Position numbers and translations under genes: made by a program | NCBI RefSeq assembly: GCF_902652985.1 | Contig: NC_047027.1 | Coordinates: 33,976,001-34,040,000, forward strand | Direction: 5' to 3' | Length of the DNA stretch: 64,000 bases | Origin: Pecten maximus | Taxonomy: Eukaryota | Shown here: positions 52,608 to 64,000 of the stretch, piece by piece | Layout of the letters: each line of letters opens with the position of its first letter | Position numbering within the stretch: position 1 is the stretch's first letter | Notes under the pieces: generated by a model | The model's input: only the letters and a program-made list of their open reading frames with translations | Told to the model about the DNA's origin: nothing | Database searches by the model: none

Positions 52608-55244
52608 ATGTCATCGGTAATTCTAATCACGTCTTTTCTGGCGATATTGTCCTCAGGTAAGTTACTTGACAAACATATTGTATTGTTAATTTTATATGAT
52701 AACAATGACCCATATACTTACAACAAGGTCATAAATACTTCAAATATCATACACAGCTTATTTAAACATTGGTTTTCAGCCTGTTGTTACTGCTACGATT
52801 TTACGATAATTATTTGGCATGCGATGTACTTATTGCGTACTGCTTAATTCATATAAAGATGTATATAGATATTTGTGTTATTTCAGTATGTACAATTTTC
52901 TGATAATACAGTAATTGATACATGTAAATGAACTAAATGAGGTTGATGCTTAATGCAAATTTGATGAACAAACATATTCAACCATTTTTCAGTATATTTC
53001 AATTCACGTGGGTAGCGTGTCATAGCAGACTTGATTGATTGACACCCTTTTGGCGTTTTTTTTTATGGATTTCATTCATTTGAATTTCAGGTGTGATGGC
53101 GTTACTTCCGATGGAGCAGAGCATGAATGCCGACATCATGGCTGACGTTATGGACCTCAGAAGAAAGATAATGAAACATCAGATGTTATTGGCTTCTATT
53201 AGAGGGATAAAAGGTGGGAATCAGATTCTCCCTGCAGCTGCGATTGGTATGCGAGACTTCTTCCCACTTTTAGGAGGTGCTTTCCCTCCACAAGCATCAG
53301 GAACAAGTGGATCACAGATAGGTGGAAGTATGCCAGAAGTACCACCATCATTTCAAAATCTTGGAATCGCAAACCAAGGAACCGCACCACAAAAGAATAC
53401 TGGGAAACCTTCGAAAAAGAACAGCTCTATAAAGAATATAGACCAGAGCAGTGGCACTGTTTCATCACCAACACCAGAAGCTATTAATACGATGATTTCA
53501 TCATCAAATAATCAGTTCTCAATGGCCGATTTATTGAAGAATGGACCAATTGGTGGATCTAGTAACAATCCAATGGTTCCCCCTGTTAATACTAACCTAC
53601 AGATTAAAGGCTCATCAAGAACCCCCAAGGGGCAATCAGTGTCAGGTCAAGGGAAGGGAACAAAACCGGTAAAAAACCCAACCAAAGCTGGAGCTTCACA
53701 GATATCAGCACCATCTGGTAATGCAGGACAACCTGCCATGCCTTTTCCACAGCAATCGAGTCTTTCAGCTTTCAGGAAGTTCTATATACAACAAGAGTTA
53801 TGCTCTGAAACACCGTCCAGGCTAACAACGATGTGCAGCACGACGCTTGATTGCAGACATAACATGCAATGCTTTTCCGGAAGATGTTGTGCTTCTAGTC
53901 ACATACATGCTGAAATACTGGGTAAGTAGTTAATGCAGTTTTTTCAATAAATGTGATATAAATAGAGGTTACACAACGAGTGGTTGTTGGAAATGGAATT
54001 TATTTCACACGAGTAAGTTATTTTTTAAAAGTTACAAAAGACACAAGCTTTCACGAGTGTGAAATAAATGCCATTTCCAACAATTTCGAGTCGTGTGACC
54101 TGTTTCTACCACAATAATATCGGCTTGAATCAAAGGGAAACGTGGCCAAGCATAATTTCGCGTATGCAAATAAAGTGTACCGGTGACGTCCGGGACCCGG
54201 TGATGTGACGTCATTAGATTATTGATGACGTCAATAACAATTGCAGCTTGGGTCAAAGTTCACCGAGTTAGCCAATCAAAATGCGTACAGAGTTTATATC
54301 ACGTGTGGTATAAATAGATTGTTAATCAACAGCTGTAATGATTAACTGATGGTCTGAGAGTTGAATAACACAGGGTATTGTGGTAGAAATTAAAATAATA
54401 GCATGTTTAAACAGAGAAGTAAGAATACTAACGTTTGATGAGTTATTTCCAATGCATATGATATCAACGTAATTATAATGAGAAATTATAGAATTAAGAA
54501 ACAATGATATGATGTACTTTAATTGTTAAGTAATTAATTAAGTGTTTGCAATAGATGCGATATTAATTTAAACAATTACAAAATTTAAACAGAGTAGCTA
54601 GAGAATTACAAAACAGCTGTATGAGTTATGGTCAATGCATATGATATAAACGTAGGCGTACATAATTAAACTGCGAAGTTATAGAATAAGAAACAATGAA
54701 GTGCTATACTTTAATTGTTTCATCCTAGCTCTAGATTATATAGCTTTTTATATGTTTCGACTGGGATACCTTATTCAGTGAGTATATTTGTATAATCTAC
54801 TGAATTTATACCGACATATCTGTGATGCAAACATCATCATAATATCTAAATATGCATACTTCCTGACATCGGTAAACATCTGATGGAGTGGAAGTTGAAA
54901 TATCCCAGTTGAATTATTTTAAGATTACAATTCAGCATAATACGTTCCGACTCCTAAAACTGTAGAAATGTTTAAACTTTTATACGGTAGAATACACCTT
55001 ATAGATTCCGACATTTAATGATATTGAGCGGAAAATTTATCTAGAAAATTCAAGCCGTACACATAAAAATGTTTGCCATCTTATAAAAATTGTTCGAGCG
55101 TGAAACTGTATATTCTTTTCATTGTATAAATATTTGAGCATTTAATGCCGAATGATATTTTTTAATGCTTGCGCGTATTAACAGGGAATCCCTTTGTTTT
55201 ATTTTACAGACAACATGCTTGAACAGCCAGGAATGCGACTGTGA
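52608..55244 (+). CDS. Secreted Met/Gly/Ser/Pro-rich protein with C-terminal LCSETPSR Cys module (cluster gene C), ~304 aa
   Basis: Exon 1 52608-52656 (MSSVILITSFLAILSS, 49 nt, G|GTAAGT). Exon 2 53091-53921 (GVMALLPMEQSM...LCSETPSRLTTMCSTTLDCRHNMQCFSGRCCASSHIHAEIL, G|GTAAGT). Exon 3 55210-55244 (DNMLEQPGMRL*). AATAAA at ~55467. Confidence 0.87.
53960..54390. mobile_element. Fold-back/MITE-like element in gene C intron 2
   Basis: ~53965-54012 (gttggaaatggaatttatttcacac) pairs with ~54052-54100. tttctaccacaata (54102-54115) pairs with tattgtggtagaaa (54376-54389). Confidence 0.65.
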
Positions 55245-56039
55245 GGACCCGATATATAAATATAGGTCTGTGCCATTGTGACATCCACTTTTTCATTTCT
55301 ATATTTATTCATGAAGTGAGATGTATATGAATTAATCATATACATACAACACTGTTTCCATTTTTTTCATTTTTTGCTAATTTATATGCTTGCTACGTGC
55401 TCAGAAGCAGAGACTTTTAGTTATTTATGGTGCTTGTGTCGTTGGCACAGCTGTTTAATGCTTGTTAATAAATTTTAAAAGATTTGTATTTTTTTGTTTT
55501 GCTTGATTCTGTGAAACTCCAAATATATCTGGGATCACCTATGATAGCATACAGTATGTACTGCTGGTAAATTATTAAAGTGATTCCAACGGAAAATCGA
55601 CGATAAAATAGCTAATAATATATCTATATACAAAGTGACATACTTGTTCAAAACGTACATTTAGACTCGGACCATACGTTTCCAAAATGCAAGCGTCTTC
55701 AGCTTCATCGATGTTACGGAAACGCTTGTATAGTTCCATAGCACTAAAACATGTCATTCAATAATATATTTTAAAGTAATGCGTCAGGGAAAGTTGCAAT
55801 ATCCATTAATGGTAAAATATAGGTATTATGTTATATACACAGCGTAACAGATACATATATTTTAACATCCGAGAGCGGGTATTGCCTTGAAAGATAATAC
55901 ATTTCAACCTGAAATGTTCTTGCGACTGTTTTAAGTGTATATAGGTATATCATATAGCCCTTCGTCCATCATTATTATCGTCACGTTTTACTAGTTCTTG
56001 CATGTTGTTCTTGTAATAGTATAAGATTTTATTACAATT

Positions 56040-56455
56040 TTACCAGTGAAATATCGAAAATTATTTATTCTACAAAAGTGATATTTTAGTGAAAAATATC
56101 ACGGTTTCTTATTTGACCAATCAGAACACTGCTTACAAACGAGAATGGGGTGAATTAAGATTTGCATATAACTAACCGTTATGTTATATGACGTCATAAG
56201 GCAAGGTATAATACATAACGTCAAGATTTGGAGTACTTTTATGGGTCGTTGACAGGGGACCGTAATGAATTCTGGGAGAGATTAAGCTGACTCAGTATAT
56301 TTTGCTATCAAATGTCATAAACAGAATATCTAACAGGATCTTCAGTAATACCAAATATATTTTACTCGTGTGGCCAATATTTTGATACTATTCACTTGTG
56401 CTGATATCAAAATATTAGCATCACTCGTGAAATATAGCTGTATTACTGAAAACAT
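56040..56455 (+). mobile_element. Non-autonomous DNA element with terminal hairpin, copy 1
   Basis: Shares cagtgaaatat.gaaaat, gaccaatca...aaacga.aatg and the terminal hairpin tcttcagtaatac...aatattttgata/tatcaaaatatt...gtattactgaa with 63600-63962. Confidence 0.65.
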
Positions 56456-57559
56456 ATATCATCTAAGTATTATTCACATACTAACAACCGAAACCTAGAA
56501 AAGAGGATCTATTATACAGAAATACAGTGAAATAGTAAGACAAAGCGTTGGGTTTCATTACAAATATATTGTTATAAAGAACAATTGAGCTACCAATAGG
56601 CACTAAACATATTCATAGTTCAACCCTTTATTATGGTATTTTAAGCATAACACAAAATTATCTCTACTTAACAACCGCTGACAGAGGTTGAGATTGGAAC
56701 GAGATCACGTGACGAAGGACGAAGGAGCTGCGTTTGAGATATTCTTTCACACACACATACACACCCTCACACACACACCAGCCATCCCTTGTTATGTTCA
56801 TCAATGATTTACTAATTCCGCAAACATCAGGACGACGGCAACGGCGACAACAATAAAAGACAATACACCATTGTTTTTATTCTTAGAAGCCCTGCTGAAT
56901 CGTGATATGTTTGTGAGTAACAATTGTTTGAGAATACCATATTGGTTTTATTTCACTTTTATATAAACTTTATTTCATTCATAATTTAACATTACCTTTA
57001 TAGCAACACATTGTACAGTACGACAGAAAAGCGGAAACAGGTTGTAGTAACTTATATAAATCCGTTTCCTTTTATTTCACTTTACAAGATCAATTAAAGA
57101 AAATATAAACTTAATCGAAACTGTAATTATAAATGAAAGTATTTGTTAAAAATCCTTAAAACGGGAGTATTTACGATGAAAAATAACGACCATTGGAAAA
57201 ATACAAGGAGAAAAACGATATCCTTCATAAAAATATAGGTCCAGGATCATGCATGTCTAGAGGGGATCTACTCTACTTAGACTCCTTTCAGACAAATTTC
57301 GGCGTGACGTCATCGTACATGTACATTGTGCACAAATGGGCTTGTGTGAGATTTAATTATGCAACGGTAGAACAACATTTCATTTTTGTTACCAAAAGAC
57401 AACAAAAACAAATTTTGCTTACATCAAAGCATACTGTCCATAAATGTAAGGAAAATTATCATGTAGGTAAATTAAAAAGTAAATGTAAGCTTATTTTACA
57501 ACAATTGCGAAAAAGGGTGATATAAGTTGATATTCATCGCTCTTGTTGGAACGAATGGA

Positions 57560-57712
57560 AACTCGCAAGGGGTATAGCTGTTAGAGGAAAAAAGAGTACT
57601 CAGAGAAACCGACATTGTCGGGCAATTGACGACATATCTTTTCACGTCTATGCGAAGAATCGAACCCCGGCCGCATAGATGGAAGGCAGGTGTGTTACCG
57701 CTGTATCAACAT
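57560..57712 (-). mobile_element. Old tRNA-SINE remnant (antisense); related remnants at ~51380-51515 and ~41480-41575
   Basis: The plus strand reads gaggaaa..gagtactcagagaaacc...gaatcgaaccccggcc...gtgttaccgctg, the reverse complement of a V-core plus B-box and A-box. Confidence 0.5.
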
Positions 57713-59369
57713 CCCATCCAAATTAGAAAGTAGAAAAATTGTAACGATTTAATTGTTCGCTGCATCATTTAAATACGGATTCTTTATTCTATCTATATTT
57801 GTATTGTTTAAATCTGCTTACCATCGTCCATGTGACATTGCATTCACTGGAAACGCATTTTCATATTATTCTGCTTTGATTTTTAGAGACTTAGAACCAA
57901 TCCTTTCGCCAATTTGGCAGGGGGCGTTTAACTGTGCTACAGTTATCGGGATCCTTAGTATGATATTTAATCGAGGAGTTAATGCGATGCTCACGTATTA
58001 TGTCTGTCTAAAAAGTACACATATACAATCTGTACGTGTCATTATGTGTAATACGTCGTGTCTTAACTGTCATATAAATGCGACACAGGTTACTGATGCT
58101 GTTTATTCAGTATCAGATACATTACATTCTGAATGATGAGTAAGGACAAATGTTGAACTATGAAAAGGGTGACGTATAAACTGCATTACTTCATCTTATT
58201 TTATTTTACTTGGAAATTTGAGGATTCTAAAAGATTGTGATGTACCACTACTTATACACATGGTAGGCAAACGTAACATATCAATATTTTATAGATATCA
58301 AATCCTAAATCAAACAATTGACTCCCTTCCTGCTGCAGAAAGACGGCACGATTCCCTTACGATATTACATATTTCAGTTAACATATTGACACTTTCTCTA
58401 AGCTACAGTAAAACAGATATTGTTATTTCTATTCAAAGAATATAATTACTATGTAGGCCTTATATGTAGTTTTATCATTAATAGTGCAATATAACTCTAT
58501 TGACATCTTCCAGATACATTGGGTTATAAAAAGAGGATCTGCCGTAAGTGGCTATGTCACATGGAATCGATCGAGCGAGTTTAATATTTTGTGTCATGAA
58601 CCTGTCGAAGAGAGGTATGTAACAGTATTCAACGAGTCTACTTTAAGCAACATTATACAGCCACGGATTTAAAATTCTGTTTATCATGTATGAATCGGCT
58701 GAGATGATTTTTCACAAATATGGAGATTGACGGTATGATTTGTTAACCTAAACTTAAGTTTGTCAGTATTGTCTTTGATATTGATATGTAGGTTGGCATG
58801 GTAACACTAATATAATATCGGCTTATTAACACATAATTGCTTAAGCTACAGTAGCATCGCCACACTTATAATAAAGTGGACGTCGAGGGTCGTTACAATC
58901 ATAGTTTAGTGGGCAGTTTGTTTATTTTGCAATCATATCAAGGTCACCGTAGTGAATTGTTTCAATGATATCTTAGACAGCGACAAAGATTATACTTAAG
59001 TCGTCAGCGAGCATTGCTTAACAGTTCTATGATATAAATGTCAGTGGCGAGTTAAATTAAAATTATGCGTAAGTCGACGGTGAGTTTTTATCAACAATTA
59101 TATTAATTCCGCCGGCGAGAATTATTAAAATGATATTTAGGCGAGAACTGTTTCAATTCCATCAACTTCGACGACGAAGGTTGTTATCAAGTAAGCGATC
59201 AGGAAACAGCATTGTATAAGCAAGACATGTTACAATGATATTTCAGTCAGCAGCGTGACTAGATTCAGTTATATTTATGTCGACGATGAGGATTGTAACA
59301 ATCCGACAATTCGACAGCACGGTGAGCGACATTGCGCCATGAACGAAGCGACAATTCTTTATGCAATAA

Positions 59370-59506
59370 GCGACAGTGCGCCAAGCTAGAAGCGACGGTG
59401 CGCCAAGCTAGAAGTGACAGTGCGCCAAGCTAGAAGCGACGGTGCGCCAAGCTAGAAGCGACAGTGCGCCAAGCTAGAAGCGACAGTGCGCCAAGCGAGC
59501 AGCGAC
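59370..59506. repeat. 22-bp GC-rich minisatellite, ~6 copies
   Basis: Unit gcgacagtgcgccaagctagaa (59370, 59392, ...). Confidence 0.92.
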
Positions 59507-62500
59507 AGAATGAATGTGTTATACGACAGTCCGACATAAACAAATATATTTTAGAACATTGTGCCGTTTATTATTTTCAATTTGTTGGGGGGAAACACCA
59601 TTATACGAGAATTGATACATGATTGAGATGTGATGCAGCCAAACAGAACGAAATAAAAAAAAGATAAAAAATAAAAGTATTTTATGTGGTTACTTTAAAC
59701 AATATTGAATATTGGCACGTATATGACGATATATCATCGAGGTGTCATTCTTTACATAACTTTGAGAGGATAAACACCTAATCTACGTCTGAGGGAATGC
59801 ACTATTTGTACCGTAAAAAACAAAAATAGAAATAAATTTTAAATATATATTTGTATTCCGGTCTGTTTTTTTGAAAGTGATTGTAACCAGGCGCCATGCT
59901 TGTTCACACGACGGACAACACTGTGGTTGATTAAGTAAAGCACAACGTCAATAACCTACGGTCATGGCGCTCACGGAGGGAGGCCATGGGACAATTGGAA
60001 CAGCCAATCTCGTTTCGGCTCTAAAAATAGCAACCAATCAAATGCACCAATACATAATAAACTTTTTTGTGTAATATATTTTGGGGATCCCCGCCATGGA
60101 GGTTGCCATCAAAACATGTGTTTCAGATGATCAATGAATTTTACGGACAAATACACATTTTATTATTTTTTTCATAATAGCGTCAATTTCTGATTGTAAT
60201 TTGCATTTAAACTATTATTTAAAATAGGTATTTCACTATCGAAAGACATTCCTTTGAAGGCCGTCATTACTGTATATAATCGAACCGAACCCACATGAAA
60301 TGTGTCTTCCCAGTGGTAAAAAAATCCTCTAGATATATTTTTGGGAAACAAAAAAAAAAGTGTATGAATCGTCCCACGGTTTTTGTCCGTGAGCGTCAAG
60401 ACAATGGGTTACCGAGAATTATAAACCAGGAATGTAAATATGGCAGATATCTGACTACACTGACACCTCACAAAAACATTTTAGGTAGGACTACTCTGGC
60501 GGCGTGGCGACTAGTATTAACGTCTAGAAAGTCAGTAAAATCGAGTGTTAGGTGTGAACTTACCTTTACACTAAAATATATGTTTATTACCTAAATATCC
60601 AAGCTAACCATTATTATAATATTTGTTATGATGTACGTGACAATGGCTAATGATGCAAACCACAATTAATAACCACGACTAATGGAAATGCTAATTAGAT
60701 ATAATGAATGTCAAAATCTCACAATGGCATGGTGACCGACAGTGATGGTCACTAAATAATAAAAAGATATTTGAATAAAATAGATTTGTATCCTTTAGTG
60801 GTTTACAGGCATGATTTTGGGGATTATGACCAATGGCTTTGCATCTCGTACCAGCCGGCGATGTAGGGTATAACCTCGGGGCTAATTGTCTGTGGTACTT
60901 GTTTCTCCAAAAGCCCCTCTACTGAACTAACGATGAGTATATATCACCTGTCATAGATCCCTATTCGAGGAATGGCAGTTAAATATGATGACACTTCAAA
61001 TATGTATCTGAATGGTACCGTCAACCCAGTCACCATCTCAACTAGGCTGTTATGACGACATAAATCCTTACTAAGCAATTTATCTTTACAGGAAATGACG
61101 GAAGATAAGCATAAAATCACAAATTAATGAATTTCTTAATTTTGCCAACTTCTAATTCAATATACATATTCTACCAATCAAGAAAAATTGTATCTGATGA
61201 AAAGGATAAAAACAAAATGGCACCTTATTACCTCAATAATGTTACCTAAAACACTATGTACTTTGTCGGCCACATCCCTGTTTTGTATATTACCTGTAGT
61301 ACAGTTTATATATACACTTTATTTTATCGCTAAATTATGTAATATTCAGTGTGAATCCCCAACAAATACCTCTAGTGACTCATGTCAATAAAATCTTGCT
61401 TTTTATATGCAGACATGGATTATTATCCTGGTCTTTTTTCCTGTGGGTTTCTTTGGATATTCAGATGGGCTACTTGAAGTACATCAGTTTCATGAAGTAG
61501 AGGGAGAACTGTCACCACGAAAACAGTTCGATTCTTCTGTCTAACAACAGTTCCAGTGATATCAGTGAAAATATTCTACATCAAACATACACAGTGTTTT
61601 ATTATTCTAAAACTGAATAATTCAGCTTTTGCTCCAATATGGAATCCGCCCTTGGTGATGTGGGTCAAAGATAAGGAAATCAGGATGGAAAGTCACACAA
61701 ATTAAGCCTCACCAAATTTCAAATATTTTAAGGGATTTGCTTTAACTCCACAATTGATAAAATGGAGTTAGATGGATTGTAACGTAAGGTTTGTTTCTTT
61801 CATTACGCTAATGGACGAAGTTAGGTCACCAAGTCTTTTGCCGACATCTGACATGGTATTCTAAGGCTTAAAAATGTGGATTGATTAATATACAAGTTAA
61901 ATTTCTATATTATGTAACACGTTGCTATCGAGCTTATTTTGTTGTTGTTGTTTTACCCTTTTCCTGGTGCTGATTACCGTATTCTATATGAAATGTAGTT
62001 CATGTATATTCTGCTAAATAAAACATCAAAGGAGGTAGACGGATTACGTACGTGGACTCCAACGTCAACTACTGCTGAAATGACTGATATCTAATTGTTA
62101 TATATATGTGTTGTATAAACTTTGACAAGGCATAGTTATTACAAAAATAAGTCGCTTACGTAAATGTGTGCTTAAACGTAAAAGGGTTTTCCCTGTTTTA
62201 ACAATTTGATGTATGATGTTTCTACTATTAGAAATCAAAAACGGCTACATTTACATTGAGAGTCAATTACATGTGACATGCAGCTAGCCTGCATATATTA
62301 GTGGGTGGAGTATAGCATCAATGACGTTCTTATATCCATCATTGCATTTAACATAACCACATTTAACGAAATATGCTAATCAATTGTAAATGATGACACA
62401 GTAAACCCACATGTCGTGATAATATATTAACAAATTCTCACGATAGCACTTTTCCTTGATATAACTAATATTTCATTCCAATACATTTTCATGATGATCT

Positions 62501-63599
62501 AAAGGTTGAGTCATAACAAAACTGAGACAATTAGATTGAAACGACAACCTAAACGCAATTAGGTTCAATGTCCCGGTCACCTTGGTCAGATTAGAAATAA
62601 GTATGTATAACAAGCGTCTTGGAATTAATAAAAATGTCATTTTGACGGCGATGACATCAATGTATACTTCTCTGGGGGTAAACAGCTTTTTGTTAAAGCT
62701 CGCACGTATATACATATCAATATGTTTTATTTTTTCATTATCTTATTGCATAAAGATAATAAATAACAAAGTAATTAAATATATACTTGACAACCATGTA
62801 ATTTATCAACTTACACTTGGACGTGATTAACGTTCGAAATACATTTTTGTTGTGGCATCAGGTAGTTAATTTGTTTTTAAGGATCTGTGATATATTTTGT
62901 TAACATGTTTATATATATATATATATATATATTTCCAGTATTAGTAACATTTAAATAACATTATATCTGGAAAAAAAACCCATTTTTATGTTCATGAAAT
63001 AGTTTATCACACCAACCATAAATTTTCTAAATAGGTTACACTTGCATGACATTATTTCAATCCATTAAATGATTGATAAGACTACTTAACAGAGGTTTGA
63101 AATTCTAATGAGGAAAATGAACCATCACTTCATCATCATTTTGGATAATATATCAGGGTGTCCATTACTTACACTAGCACACACCATGACATGATACGTC
63201 AAAAAACTATTGTAATGCGCGCTTAGAATATTATTCTACGAATGTTTGTGTGTGTGTGTTTAAGAATGATATCGCAGACAAGGATGTTTATCAAATTGTG
63301 AATATTTATAAGGTCGACGTCAAAGATGTGGACGTTTCGACAGCTGGCACAGACGTCGCGATTTTTAATGAGATCATGCTTTCGGCATCGCATACAGTAT
63401 AAATTGTGGTAATCCTGAGCAGTACGCCATCGACGGGAACTATTGTTTAATGCTGTTTCATACTATATAGAGCAGCAAGTGTTTAGCTTAATCTATTATC
63501 GTTCATTTTTTCACGAAAATGGATGTGCCATTTCTGTTTTCAATTTTGGTAACACTCCATATATCTGGTAAGTTTTTAAACCTTGTTATTCTAATGTAA

Positions 63600-63962
63600 A
63601 CAGTGAAATATTGAAAATAATATATTCTATAAAAGTGATATTTTTCTAATGAAAAATATTTCTTTTCCTTATATTTGTCACTTGTGAAATATATCATTTT
63701 TTCCTGATTAGACCAATCAAATCACTGTTGGCAAACGACAATGAAAGAAAAAAATCTGACCCGGTATTTTTTTTCTATAAAAAATGTGATAGATAGAATG
63801 TCTAACAATATCTTCCGTAATACCAAAAAGAGATTTCATTCGTTTTGCTAATTATATCATATATTGCTATTTTCCCATTCGTGCTGCGCATCAAAATATC
63901 AAAATATTAGCCTCACTCGAGAAATACATTTAGTATTACTGAAGAGAGTGTTAGATATCCTG
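63600..63962 (+). mobile_element. Non-autonomous DNA element with terminal hairpin, copy 2
   Basis: Homologous to 56040-56455. The terminal hairpin pairs agaatgtctaacaatatcttccgtaatac with gtattactgaagagagtgttagatatcct. Confidence 0.65.
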
Positions 63963-64000
63963 TATATATTGCATTATATAAGCTACAGCACATGACGATC

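Overview
AT-rich, intron-containing animal DNA, most likely a bivalve mollusc. This is inferred from the V-type and CORE-type tRNA-SINEs, a Helentron/pearl-like element and a Penelope-like RT remnant. Most ORFs in the six-frame track are spurious; the real genes appear only after manual splicing. I reconstruct six protein-coding genes. (1) A 2-exon, BTB-only KCTD gene (- strand, 144 aa). (2) A secreted protein with 4 coding exons (- strand, 196 aa) whose Cys-rich part aligns almost residue-for-residue to the Fu1-Fu2 domains of R-spondin, but which carries a Met/Thr-rich tail instead of TSP1. (3) A 10-exon Ig-superfamily gene (+ strand, 582 aa; signal-V-C2-V-C2-hydrophobic C-terminus). (4-6) A cluster of three secreted proteins with the same gene structure (49-nt signal exon, large low-complexity exon, tiny last exon). 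They share a C-terminal 'LC[SG]ETP[SR]R..C..C..C..CC' module but have unrelated low-complexity bodies (Gly/Met/Ala/Pro; Ser/Thr plus Arg/Lys blocks; Met/Gly/Ser/Pro). The rest is satellites, SINEs, fold-back/MITE-like elements and decayed repeats. The most notable items are the protostome R-spondin-like gene and the three-gene secreted Cys-module family. All gene models are read by eye, with no RNA evidence or database search.
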